Both the position numbers and the translations under genes were made by a program. Of a stretch of DNA of 64,000 bases, positions 38,544 to 48,276 are shown piece by piece. How positions within the stretch are numbered: position 1 is the stretch's first letter; the number at the start of each line of letters is the position of its first letter. The notes beneath the pieces are model-generated. The model did no database searches. It was not told the DNA's origin and saw only the letters and a program-made list of their open reading frames with translations. This DNA is from an uncultured Candidatus Saccharibacteria bacterium (GTDB lineage: Bacteria; Patescibacteriota; Minisyncoccia; Phycocordibacterales; UBA6899): assembly GCA_964515375.1 (NCBI GenBank), contig CAZERF010000005.1:22482-86481 (forward strand). Direction: 5' to 3'.

Positions 38544-39626
38544 CTATTTTCCAGATTTTGTGCGATTGTCTTGCTTGCAGAGCATCTGACAATTCCCCGC
38601 GATCGTTTTTCCTCCCTCGTGCCACGGCATGACATGGTCGGCCTCCATTTCGTCTATCGAAAAATGCTTCTGACACTTCACACAAATACCTTTTTGTTTT
38701 TCATATGCTTCACGTTTCTGGTTTTCCGTGAAAGCGCGAATGCTTAAGTATCGTTCATTACGCGTGAGCACATACTCATAAATACCGGACTTCTTCGTCA
38801 CGTCCTCATCCTGCATGAGCCTTGCGATCTCGATCTCAATACTCTTTGAAGCGATCTTTGCATCCTTGAATGCATTATAGAGTGGGCCAAATGAGACCCC
38901 CTTCATTTCTTTGCGATAATTCGGGAAGGTCGTCTGTATCCAATTGATGACACCCTGAAAATATAGCCATAATTCATTTGCATTCGGTTCATGCTGATGT
39001 GTTGCCATGTACTGCTCGATGTTTCCGCCACTTACCCAATCAATAGCGGTCTCCAAATAATCCTGCCGTATCGGCGAGCCGGCCAAATAATTACTCCCAA
39101 TCGCATAAGCGGGACACCCTGATTTGCTAAAATACTTCTTTGCTTCAGTGAGCCATGTGCCGGTATAGATTGCATTGCGGAGTTCTTGGTCAGTCAGTTT
39201 TTCTCCTGCAATATTTATAGTCTTGAACCAATCCAGTTTTTCCTTGTCGTTCCCCTCACAAAAATAGACCATCAATTTATACGCAAGAATCTGTTCCCTC
39301 TCAACGTCTTCGAGGTTGTGAAAGTATTGATAGTTGATCGAGAAGTTTCCGGTCACATATTCACAAATACTAATCGTTCGCTGCTGTCCGTCGAGCACCT
39401 CGAACGAATCATTGCTATTTTTCACCCAATACATGACGTTGAGGGGGAAATTTTTACGCACCGTTTCGATCACCGCATCACGTTGTTTATCCTTGTAGAC
39501 AAACTCGCGCTGATATTTGGGGCGAATATTTAGTCTTCCGCAATAACCCACCACGCCTTCTTCGTTGCTGTTAACGTATTTATCAACAACTTCTCGAATC
39601 GTTATTTCTTTCAGTTCGATTTTCAT
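38544..39626 (-). CDS. DUF262 (GmrSD-like) plus HNH endonuclease
   Basis: PKYQREFVY, VLDGQQRT, FKTIN; CVKC...EADHVMPWHEGGKT..NCQMLCKQDN. Confidence 0.9.
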   Translation of the reverse strand: MKIELKEITIREVVDKYVNSNEEGVVGYCGRLNIRPKYQREFVYKDKQRDAVIETVRKNFPLNVMYWVKNSNDSFEVLDGQQRTISICEYVTGNFSINYQYFHNLEDVEREQILAYKLMVYFCEGNDKEKLDWFKTINIAGEKLTDQELRNAIYTGTWLTEAKKYFSKSGCPAYAIGSNYLAGSPIRQDYLETAIDWVSGGNIEQYMATHQHEPNANELWLYFQGVINWIQTTFPNYRKEMKGVSFGPLYNAFKDAKIASKSIEIEIARLMQDEDVTKKSGIYEYVLTRNERYLSIRAFTENQKREAYEKQKGICVKCQKHFSIDEMEADHVMPWHEGGKTIAGNCQMLCKQDNRTKSGK

Positions 39627-39629
39627 TTT

Positions 39630-40611
39630 TTATATTTGCTTTCTTGCCTTAATAATTATTCTTGAAAATGGGCACTTTGTCTGACCATTCACAGTCACAG
39701 AAATATCTGTTCGTCCACGATAATTCTTCTCCACACCCAAAGTTTTACCTAAATCTCCAAAAGGTATACCAACAAGTTCAAATTGTTTCGGGTTGTATTT
39801 ATCAAGAAAGGTATCTGGAACACCCATAGCACCCTTGTAGTCAATCGGAATATCTGACACTCTTCCAACTTCAATAGCATCGTAGTTGTCATACTTAGGA
39901 TAGTCATCAGGAGAGTATCTTTTGTAAAGAATTAATTCCTCGTGCCTCTTTGGAGTATCAAGATTGGTGAACCAACTTGTATTCCCCATCGGCATATATT
40001 TTTGTCCTTCAATAACAACAATACTTTTGCTCTCATAATTATCTGGTACAAGGTATTTTTTTGGACCATTATTTATACCCAAGCCACAACTTATTATCTT
40101 GAATCAACGGAAAAATTTCCTTGTAGTGTATGGCGTTATTTGTGCCAATAATCAGAAATTTCTTTTTATGCTCAAATAGCTGTGCAAGATACTCACGAAA
40201 GAGAGAGAACGGAGGATTCGTCACAACAATATCAGCCTCCTTCAGGATCGCAACACACTCATCGCTACGAAAATCACCATTTTGCTTGAGAGGTGTTTTA
40301 ATAACATCGTCGTCATTGATCTTGCCGTTCTCATCCATATCACCGGTCAATTCGAGTTTATACGTGGGCTTTTCGTAATCAAAATGCGTTGTAACTAATT
40401 TCTTGATACCGAGATAAGAAAAATTAAGCGCAAAATAACGCCAAAAGTTGCTTTCGAGAGGATCGTCACAATTACAGAAGATCACCTTCCCTTTCAAGTG
40501 GTGCTTGTAGTGACTCACTTCTTTTTCAATATCGGCGAGTTGTGTGTAAAACTCGTCCTTTTTTGCCTGACTTGCCTTGTGGAGATTCTTGTTTGACGCT
40601 TTCGTTTCCAT
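39630..40611 (-). pseudogene. EcoRI-type adenine methyltransferase, split by a 1-nt frameshift near 40079
   Basis: KKDEFYT, CNCDDP, GDFRS.EC, VVTNPPFSLFREY; second ORF has YPKYDNYDAIEV, MGVP, FLDKYNP. Confidence 0.85.
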
Positions 40612-40630
40612 ATCTTCGCAGTGCTCACAA

Positions 40631-40650
40631 GTGATGATTATGAGTATCAC
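40631..40650. promoter_or_regulatory. Single C-protein operator upstream of the methylase
   Basis: GTGAT-GATTATGAGT-ATCAC; its reverse complement matches the half-site at 40676. Confidence 0.6.
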
Positions 40651-40675
40651 TTATTGGCAATCTACCACAAAAAAT

Positions 40676-40710
40676 ATGATACTCATAGTCCGTCGACTTA
40701 TAAGCATCAT
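40676..40710 (+). promoter_or_regulatory. Double C-box operator
   Basis: 35-nt ATGATACTCATAGTCCGTCGACTTATAAGCATCAT, resembling C.Esp1396I-type operators. Confidence 0.7.
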
Positions 40711-40727
40711 CGCCCTACGCTGAAGGG

Positions 40728-40943
40728 GTGAAGAAAAAGAGCAACATCTTAATGCAATTTGGAGAAAGAGTACGCGCATTACGCAAGCAAAAAGGTATCA
40801 GCTCTCAATTGGAGCTTGCACTCAAGACCGGTCTCGACCGCACCTACATCGGCGGGATTGAACGTGGCGAAAGAAATGTTGCTCTCATCAACATCGAAAA
40901 AATAGCAAAAGCCCTCGGAGTGAAGATCGAGGAGCTTTTCTGA
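40728..40943 (+). CDS. XRE-family HTH, restriction-modification controller (C) protein
   Basis: FGERVRALRK..SQLELA..GLDRTYIGGIERGERNVAL.NIEKIAKAL. Confidence 0.88.
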   Translation: MKKKSNILMQFGERVRALRKQKGISSQLELALKTGLDRTYIGGIERGERNVALINIEKIAKALGVKIEELF

Positions 40944-41004
40944 TTCTCAAAAAATGGCGATATTTTGCACCTGTGGGCTCCCCTGTGGCGCAAGGAAGGG
41001 CGGT

Positions 41005-41526
41005 TCACTTGCCGGTGATTCTCCCAACCAGAAGCAAGTCCGAGTACGAACCCGAGATCGAAGGAAATTGTTCGAGTAAAAGCAGATCTTTCACTTTATT
41101 GTGCTCCGCCATATATTGCGTATCATCCCCCTCTTCCCGCATTACGGTTTCAAGCTCAATAAATGTCCCGAGTTTTGCTACGGTGTCAAGATGTATTCTT
41201 GTATTTTTAAAAAGATAGAGATCGCGTCGTTTTTCCACAACAATTTTAACGCCATAGCTTATATCAAGGAGGAATTTAAGGATAGGAACGAAAAATTGGT
41301 AGACTTTTAACATTCGATACGAGGATTCTCTTGTTCCGTTTTTGTTCACCCTGGAATAAAAAATGATTTCCGATCGCCCTCCTTCTTCCCGAATTTTCAG
41401 TCGTTTTGCACCAAGAAGATAGTAGGTATCCTTTTGTTCAAGGACGCCTTGGAATACCGCAAAACCAAGACGGCCCCGCAAAGAAGAGAGTGCGTCGACG
41501 CGTACCTTGATTTCAAGATTTCTCAT
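41005..41526 (-). CDS. CYTH-domain protein (class IV adenylate cyclase family)
   Basis: NLEIK, QKDTYY, RLKIRE, VEKRR, IHLD, FIELE. Confidence 0.87.
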   Translation of the reverse strand: MRNLEIKVRVDALSSLRGRLGFAVFQGVLEQKDTYYLLGAKRLKIREEGGRSEIIFYSRVNKNGTRESSYRMLKVYQFFVPILKFLLDISYGVKIVVEKRRDLYLFKNTRIHLDTVAKLGTFIELETVMREEGDDTQYMAEHNKVKDLLLLEQFPSISGSYSDLLLVGRITGK

Positions 41527-42355
41527 GCTTGCTCTTATTTCTTAAAAATTCAATCGCATCTGCTGCTCCCTCAAAAAACTCCCTCCCGCTATTTTGTACG
41601 AGAGAAGAAAGAAATTCCATTTGACCATCTCTCTTGACCATTTGAAAAGAATTTCCAGGAAGCATCCATTGAGGCTGCAGCTCAGATTCTATTTTTGAAA
41701 CATAGTCTGGGAGAAGAATCCTCACCTTGTCTTCCTTCAGGTAAAGAGGTCCTGAGTAGTAGCCAAAACAATAATCCTTTGTTTTATTAATAATATCTTC
41801 TAATTCATGATCAGAAACATCAGGAAGTAACGGGCGTATCGCGGTAGTAGTCGGAATTCCCCTCTGAAAAACAGAGGAGAGGGTTTCGATTCTTTTTTCA
41901 GGGTGAGGCACCCTTGGTTCATATTTTTCTAATAGAGACTCATCTAGACAAGGTAGAGATATGGAAAATGAAAAAATATTTCCATTTTCCTGCATTCTCA
42001 CATTAATCTCTCCTAATGCATCCACAAAACCCTCGGGCAGTGACAACTTTGTAATAACCGAGATATCTCTTCCGTATGTGCTTAATATTTCAAGAATCCT
42101 TAAGGACTCTTGCTTGTTCTGAAAGAACTCAGTATCACAACCAAGCATGATGAGGCGGATATGCTCCGGAAGATTTTGAAGCAACTCAAATTGTTGCTCA
42201 TTGAGATAGGCAACTTTTCGAGATTGCTCCTGAGACATCTCCTCAGCAAAACAATAAGTGCACTCGAGAGGACAACTGAGTTTTGAATACGTTAAAACCC
42301 TTTCTTTGTCCAATTTAAGACCTTGACTCTCAAATGACTCAATCGGATTCTCCAT
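41513..42355 (-). CDS. Radical SAM protein
   Basis: CPLECTYC (CxxxCxxC), VITK, YEPRVP..EKRI, IRPLLP (SplB-like features). Confidence 0.85.
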   Translation of the reverse strand: MENPIESFESQGLKLDKERVLTYSKLSCPLECTYCFAEEMSQEQSRKVAYLNEQQFELLQNLPEHIRLIMLGCDTEFFQNKQESLRILEILSTYGRDISVITKLSLPEGFVDALGEINVRMQENGNIFSFSISLPCLDESLLEKYEPRVPHPEKRIETLSSVFQRGIPTTTAIRPLLPDVSDHELEDIINKTKDYCFGYYSGPLYLKEDKVRILLPDYVSKIESELQPQWMLPGNSFQMVKRDGQMEFLSSLVQNSGREFFEGAADAIEFLRNKSKHEKS

Positions 42356-42411
42356 GTGTTCACCTTAATTCGTCTGGATTATACAAGTAGGGCACCTCTA
42401 ACAAATTCATA

Positions 42412-43461
42412 TTAAAGATGTCGCGCCACTTCTTCGACGTGCTTGACGAGCGTATTGGTATACCCCATCTCGTTGTCATACCATGCGAGGACCTTCACCA
42501 GGTCACCTCCAACAACGCGAGTGAGCGCGAGGTCGGCGATCGACCCTTCGAGGCGGCCGACAATATCGGAGGAGACAAGGTCTTCTTCGGTCACCGCAAA
42601 AAGTCCGCTCCAGCGTGCTTCCTTGGCGGCGTCGCGAAGGATCTGATTGACCTCTTCGACCGATGTCGGGCGCTTGGCGATAAAGGTCACATCCGCGATC
42701 GAGCCGGTGATGACCGGAACACGAATTGAAATTCCATCAAAGTTCCCCTTCATGTCGGTAATAACTTCCCCCACGGAGATCGCGGCTCCGGTCGAAGCGG
42801 GGATCATGTTTGCCGATGCCGCGCGACCACCGCGCGCATCCTTGCCGCCGGGTCCGTCGACAACGGCTTGCGTTCCCGTCATTGCATGCGTGGTGTTCAA
42901 AAGTGCCTTGGCGATACCGATCTTCTCGTGCAAGATCTGAATGACCGGAGAGACCGCATTGGTCGTACACGATGCGTTCGACGAGATCTGACATCCGGAG
43001 AGTACATCGTGATTGATTCCCATCAGCACCATCGCGCTTGTCACTCCGTCCGTCGGGGTACCCTTGGCGGGAGCGGTGATCACGACACGTTTTGCGCCGG
43101 AAGCAAGGTGCACCTGCGCTTTGTCGTATGCGGTGAAGTGTCCTGTCGATTCGATCACAATGTCGATATTCAAGCGCGCCCACGGAAGTTTCGTCGCGTC
43201 TTTCTCTTGCACCAAGATCACTTTCTTTCCATCGACGACAAACCCCGCTTCTTCCGTCTCGGTCGCGGGAACAAAAGAAACAGCAAATCCTGTTCTTCCA
43301 TATGCGGTGTCATATTTCAAAAGATACGCCATGTTCTCGGGATCACCGAGATCGTTGACCGCAATGACCTCAATATCCTCACGGTCCTTCACGAGCTTGT
43401 AGAACGCGCGTCCAATGCGTCCGAATCCGTTAATGGCGATACGTACTTTTCTCTCTGACAT
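42412..43461 (-). CDS. gap: Glyceraldehyde-3-phosphate dehydrogenase
   Basis: INGFGRIGR, SNASCTTN, WYDNEMGY. Confidence 0.98.
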   Translation of the reverse strand: MSERKVRIAINGFGRIGRAFYKLVKDREDIEVIAVNDLGDPENMAYLLKYDTAYGRTGFAVSFVPATETEEAGFVVDGKKVILVQEKDATKLPWARLNIDIVIESTGHFTAYDKAQVHLASGAKRVVITAPAKGTPTDGVTSAMVLMGINHDVLSGCQISSNASCTTNAVSPVIQILHEKIGIAKALLNTTHAMTGTQAVVDGPGGKDARGGRAASANMIPASTGAAISVGEVITDMKGNFDGISIRVPVITGSIADVTFIAKRPTSVEEVNQILRDAAKEARWSGLFAVTEEDLVSSDIVGRLEGSIADLALTRVVGGDLVKVLAWYDNEMGYTNTLVKHVEEVARHL

Positions 43462-43571
43462 AGGAAAATAAGGTTAATGAATATTGAGAAACGCATAGCG
43501 GTGACAACACACTACACGTCGAGTACATTATACCTCAAGACGGGAAGAAACGTCATGTCACGCGAACAGCA

Positions 43572-46505
43572 TCACACCAAAAGATCACTCTTTTGCACAC
43601 CGCCGGAAAGAGTTCGCGGCTCGGTGCGCAATACCTCTTTATAAGTTCCGTCCAACTGTTTCGCCTCAACGGTAATGAAATACTCGCCGGGAGGAACAAG
43701 GAAGTAAAAGCGTCCGAACTCGTCAGCGACCGTCTTTTTCATGATCGTATTCAACCCGGGAAGCCACACCTTCACAAGAGCAAACGGAACGGGCTTGCCA
43801 GTCGCCTTGTCCTTCACGAAGGTGATCTTGTGTGTCACCTTCCACGCAAGTTGGAAGATGAGAATCGCAAGATAGATGCCAACAACAACCATATTCAAGA
43901 CTGAAGGCGTGACCAACAAAGATCCGAGCGAGAAGAGCAATCCGACATAAAAGAGAATATTGAAGATCCACAGACGAACATTCTTGCGACGCGAATAAAC
44001 CTTGAAGACTTGATCTTGATTCTTGGCAAACTCGTTCCAGTCAAACTCTACCGGATCAAGCGGAATATTGTATTGCACCACACCCCCCTCTCGGACATGG
44101 AACGGGTCACCGAAATACAAATTCTCGTAAAACTCATCACGCGCCTTCCCTTTTAATTTGTCGGAGGGGAATTTGTAGTGTGTCTTGTTGGCCTCAATGA
44201 TATATTCGCCGGGATTCAAGAAAAATCCATATCGCCCGTCGAGGTCGGTGATCGCTTCTCCCTTTGACTGTGCTCCATCGCGGATCCGAGCAAGCACGTA
44301 TGCGGGGTCAAGTGGTCGTTTCGTTACCGAGTCATACACGACACCCCACGGCTCATTCTTCTTGCGTCGAAAGATACCGGTCAAAAGTCCGAGGAATTTG
44401 AGGAGGAGGAGATAAAGGTCATAGGCCGACGCGACGTTGGTCGAAAGAAGAATGACCTGAGAGGCACCGACCGCAACGCCGACCGGCGTCGCGACAGGGG
44501 CGACAGTATTGACGGGGTTTTCGATGGTCTCGGTAACCTGCGTCACCACTTGGGCGACGGAAGGAGGGAGGATCTCGGTAAATCTGATCTCGCGGAAGAC
44601 GTCAAAGAAACCCTGGAGTTGTGTAACATTGCCACGCTCCGTATCCAAGACGCGGATCACAAAGGCGCGACTTCCCGCATCTCCGAGCCCGGGAAGGATC
44701 GCATCATAGGCGGTGCGTTCGACGTTGAGTGAAAGTAAAAATGACTGAGTCCCCTTCGCGCCGGAATTTACTGAAAGTGCGATGGTCACAATGCGCGCGG
44801 GGAGCTTTTCGACCGGAATCGAGACGAGGAGCGCGCGTTCTCCGTTCACGCGCACGACACCGTTGCGAGAAAAAAGACGTTTACGCACTTCTCCGATCTC
44901 GAAGAAATTCACATCAGAAAGCGTCAAAGAGGACACTTTCACATCAGGGGTTCCGGTCCCAACAAAGCCAATGAAGGGGTCAGTCGATGTGGGGAGTACG
45001 GGTGGCGGTATCGTAGGTGATGATGTTGACGTAGATCCGGGGATCGTTGTTGTCCCTATTCCACCTCCTCCCGGCGGAGGAGTCTCTCCACCGGGAGGAG
45101 GTGGGGGTGGTGGAGGAGGTGGTGGCGGAGGGGGTGGGGGTGGTGGCGGAGGGGGTGGTGGGTCGATCACCCCCGTCTCGGTCACACCGGAATAGATCGC
45201 GCCCGAAGAGTAATTACCCGAGGTGTCACGCGCGAACGCAGTGTAATAATACCGCGTTCCCGTCGCAAGTCCCACATCGACGACCGATGTCGCGCCTCCG
45301 TCATAAACAAGAACACCATCAAAAGGATCCACAGGATAACCGGTCGTGCCACGCACGACACGCACCGTCGCAAAATCGGAATCAAGCGGATTCACCCACG
45401 AGAGCGCGATTGAATTTAAACTTGGTGTTCCTGAAAAACTTGCAGGGTTTGCAGGCGGGGTCGTATCAGGCGGAGGCGGAGGCGTGAGTGTTCCAAACGA
45501 ACCGGTCACGGGAGCGCTCACATTCCCGGAAAAATCACTTGCGGTAAGACGGTAATAGTACAGAGTTCCCGTCGCAAGCCCACCGATACCCATCGCATGT
45601 GTTGCCCCGTAAGCGATCTCGTTCGCGATCCCGAGTCCATACACCGTTGATGTCCCCCACTCGATCGTTGCGAGTGCCGGCTCATTCGTCAAAAAACTCA
45701 CCGTTGCTGATGTGTACGTCGTACTCGCCAAAACTCCGGAGATAACAGGGGGCGTCGCGTCGATCGTTGCAAAGACCCACGAAGAGTTTCCCGCGATGCC
45801 ACCAAAGTTGTTGCCCGCCTGATCGGCAAATGTCCCTCCGTCTACAGTGACATAATACGTCGTCGCGCTTACCAAAGGAGATGGCAGTGTGATCGTCACA
45901 ATGTTGCCCGACACGCTCACTCCCGACTCCGCGACCGGGATCGTCGCGACAAGTGTATCATCGGAAAGACGGCGAACAACAACATTCCCCGACACCTTAT
46001 TCACAAGTTCGGACATAGCGATAGAGAGCGTCGTATTGAGCACCACTCCAGTTGCACCGTTGGCGGGAGAAAGGGACGAAACAGTCGGAGGATTGGTGTC
46101 GCCTCCGCCACCCCCCGAAGGCGGATCGGTCGTTGCAGAATCACCCGCCGAAGGAACGGAATAATTAAAAGAAGTATCGAAGGCGCGGATCACATATGCA
46201 TAGGTGGTATCACCCGTGAGTCCGGAATCTTGATACGAGATCGCTGTTGTCGTCGCGATCGAAATGCCGTCACGATAAACAACGTAGCCGGAAACCGAAA
46301 CATTATCGGTCGACGACGCCCACACAAGGTTGATCTGCGAAGACGACACAGCGGTCGCGGAGAGGCCGGAAGGAGCGGACGGGGGGACAACATCAGAAAG
46401 CACTGAAAGGCCGATATTGAACTGCTGAGCGGCGACAACAGACCCCGATCCAAAAAAGAACGAGAGCAAGAGGAGTATCGAAAATATACGCGTCAATATC
46501 TTCAT
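43572..46505 (-). CDS. Membrane-anchored surface protein (FN3, Ig-like, poly-Pro linker, carboxypeptidase-regulatory-like domains)
   Basis: PSAPSGL..W..STDN..YVVYRDG; DTNPPTVSSLSPANGA; poly-Pro run; TDLDGRYGF; TM segments. Confidence 0.8.
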   Translation of the reverse strand: MKILTRIFSILLLLSFFFGSGSVVAAQQFNIGLSVLSDVVPPSAPSGLSATAVSSSQINLVWASSTDNVSVSGYVVYRDGISIATTTAISYQDSGLTGDTTYAYVIRAFDTSFNYSVPSAGDSATTDPPSGGGGGDTNPPTVSSLSPANGATGVVLNTTLSIAMSELVNKVSGNVVVRRLSDDTLVATIPVAESGVSVSGNIVTITLPSPLVSATTYYVTVDGGTFADQAGNNFGGIAGNSSWVFATIDATPPVISGVLASTTYTSATVSFLTNEPALATIEWGTSTVYGLGIANEIAYGATHAMGIGGLATGTLYYYRLTASDFSGNVSAPVTGSFGTLTPPPPPDTTPPANPASFSGTPSLNSIALSWVNPLDSDFATVRVVRGTTGYPVDPFDGVLVYDGGATSVVDVGLATGTRYYYTAFARDTSGNYSSGAIYSGVTETGVIDPPPPPPPPPPPPPPPPPPPPPPPGGETPPPGGGGIGTTTIPGSTSTSSPTIPPPVLPTSTDPFIGFVGTGTPDVKVSSLTLSDVNFFEIGEVRKRLFSRNGVVRVNGERALLVSIPVEKLPARIVTIALSVNSGAKGTQSFLLSLNVERTAYDAILPGLGDAGSRAFVIRVLDTERGNVTQLQGFFDVFREIRFTEILPPSVAQVVTQVTETIENPVNTVAPVATPVGVAVGASQVILLSTNVASAYDLYLLLLKFLGLLTGIFRRKKNEPWGVVYDSVTKRPLDPAYVLARIRDGAQSKGEAITDLDGRYGFFLNPGEYIIEANKTHYKFPSDKLKGKARDEFYENLYFGDPFHVREGGVVQYNIPLDPVEFDWNEFAKNQDQVFKVYSRRKNVRLWIFNILFYVGLLFSLGSLLVTPSVLNMVVVGIYLAILIFQLAWKVTHKITFVKDKATGKPVPFALVKVWLPGLNTIMKKTVADEFGRFYFLVPPGEYFITVEAKQLDGTYKEVLRTEPRTLSGGVQKSDLLV
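45093..45161 (-). repeat. Polyproline tract (about 23 CCN codons)
   Basis: 69-nt GGN-rich run on the + strand. Confidence 0.9.
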
Positions 46506-46523
46506 GTGAACAAATTACTCCGT

Positions 46524-47276
46524 CTAAAGCGCCATGACCGTCAAGGAAACGACGGCTTGATACGAACCGGCGGGCTGCACATACGCGGCGTCCGCTTGCG
46601 CACGAAAACGGAGTGTCGTCAGTGACCCTGTCGGGTGATTCGGAGTAGCGCGAGAGACAACAGAGAGCGGTGCCGTCGAAAGCCCCTGCCAACATGCTGA
46701 GGGGGTATCTCCTCCTCCAACACCACACAAAACTCCATTGTCACGAAAGGAAGAAATGATATCGGACCCTTCGGGGGTGAACCCGAAACGAGAAGATGCG
46801 GGAGGTGTGACGAAAGAGAGATCGGGAAATGCCCCCAAGGGGACATAATCCGCAAAACTATCGCCACCTGAAGCGAGCGCGGGAGAGGTTGAGGCGCGGA
46901 TGGTCATCGCATAACCCGAAAGGTTGTCCGTTGTTACCGTGACGCCGGTCGTTCCGTCCGCGATTCCACCACCGACCGAAGGAATATTCGGCAATAATGT
47001 CACATTGCCCGGAAGCGTAACAGAGAGATACACGTCACGCATTTGCTGATAACCCGCCTTCACCGCATAAGACGCACTTGCCGATGCTCCCACACCCGAC
47101 TCGCCCACAGTATCTTCGATCGAATACGAAGGCGACACGGAAAGTCCGCCGCCCGAGTTCACACTATCGGCTTCAATGACATAATTCGTGCTTGAAGCTA
47201 CATAGGCAGAAACAATCGGAACGCAAACAACCGAGCAAAAAAGGAACGACAAAAGAATGAAGAAGGAATTTCTCAT
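46524..47276 (-). CDS. Exported beta-rich protein, WxL/pilin-like
   Basis: Signal peptide; VTVTTDNLSGY; C-terminal QPAGSYQAVVSLT. Confidence 0.6.
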   Translation of the reverse strand: MRNSFFILLSFLFCSVVCVPIVSAYVASSTNYVIEADSVNSGGGLSVSPSYSIEDTVGESGVGASASASYAVKAGYQQMRDVYLSVTLPGNVTLLPNIPSVGGGIADGTTGVTVTTDNLSGYAMTIRASTSPALASGGDSFADYVPLGAFPDLSFVTPPASSRFGFTPEGSDIISSFRDNGVLCGVGGGDTPSACWQGLSTAPLSVVSRATPNHPTGSLTTLRFRAQADAAYVQPAGSYQAVVSLTVMAL

Positions 47277-48226
47277 GATGCGGAAATAGAGTTTCGAGAA
47301 AGACGCAATGAGCGCCAAATGAGGTATCCCAAAAAAAGCACGAAAAGAAGAATGAGGGCAAGTGTTATGACTCCGGGAAGTACGAAGAATTGCACCGCGA
47401 GCGTATCAATATCTTCTCCATACCCACGCGCGAGCGAAAGCGTTGCGGTGTAGGGACCGGGAGGCAACGTGTCCGTAAGGAAGACCTCGCGGAGGCGTGT
47501 TGAGCCGGGCAAGACCGCGTAGGGATCGACGAGTACGTGGGATGGTTCTCCCCAAAATCCGGAGATACTGATCGTTCCGTGAGGATTCAAATACACATCA
47601 CCCGAATTAAGAAATGAGAGGTGGAAACGGATCGGGCGGTCTTCGTCGGGAGAAGAAAGAAAACGTTCCGCATTGAGAATCCCAAAGGCGACAAGCTTCC
47701 CTTCTTCCTTGACCGCCCCTTCGATCCGCACAAAGAGAGGTACAGCGATACGACTTTCAACCGCAACTTCTCCACCAAGCGACGAGTCAGTGGGAGACAC
47801 ACGAAAGACCACCGAACCATAACGACCGCCGGGGAGTATCTCGCTCGGTACCGCAACACGCACGGAGACACTCTCCTCTCTCCCCGGTCGCAACATGAGA
47901 TCCGTGCGCACAGTCGAAAGAAAGGGGCGCAATGAGTTTGTCCCACTATCGGAACCAAGCAGACGCACTGGGGAATCTTGCGGACCCTGCTGAGCTTCCG
48001 CTGCAATATCTTCAAAAGCAACATCGACGCGCAACAAGGAAAGTGTGCCGTTCTTGATCGTCAAGACGACCTCGCGTTCTTCGCCCGGAGCAAGCGTAAC
48101 CTCGGCGCGTGCGGGAGAGACCGTGATCGTCCCGGAGAGGTTGTTCTCCGCAGACGCCTCATGAAAAGAAAAGAACATCAAGGGCAACAAAAACAAGGAC
48201 ACCGCTCTTCGGAAGTGATTCTTCAT
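47273..48226 (-). CDS. DUF916-like exported protein with a C-terminal anchor
   Basis: ITVSPAR..L.PGE, PGGRYGSVVF, FLNSGDVYLNPHG, VLPGSTR, C-terminal TM. Confidence 0.7.
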   Translation of the reverse strand: MKNHFRRAVSLFLLPLMFFSFHEASAENNLSGTITVSPARAEVTLAPGEEREVVLTIKNGTLSLLRVDVAFEDIAAEAQQGPQDSPVRLLGSDSGTNSLRPFLSTVRTDLMLRPGREESVSVRVAVPSEILPGGRYGSVVFRVSPTDSSLGGEVAVESRIAVPLFVRIEGAVKEEGKLVAFGILNAERFLSSPDEDRPIRFHLSFLNSGDVYLNPHGTISISGFWGEPSHVLVDPYAVLPGSTRLREVFLTDTLPPGPYTATLSLARGYGEDIDTLAVQFFVLPGVITLALILLFVLFLGYLIWRSLRLSRNSISAS

Positions 48227-48276
48227 GTTCTTTATTATAGGCCAAAAATGGGCAAGCGTCACACCCGGAAAGAGTA

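Noticed and set aside
36692-38685. Short ORFs 36692-36931, 38256-38534 and 38378-38635
   Set aside because: They overlap the structured elements, lack start signals and are not protein-like.
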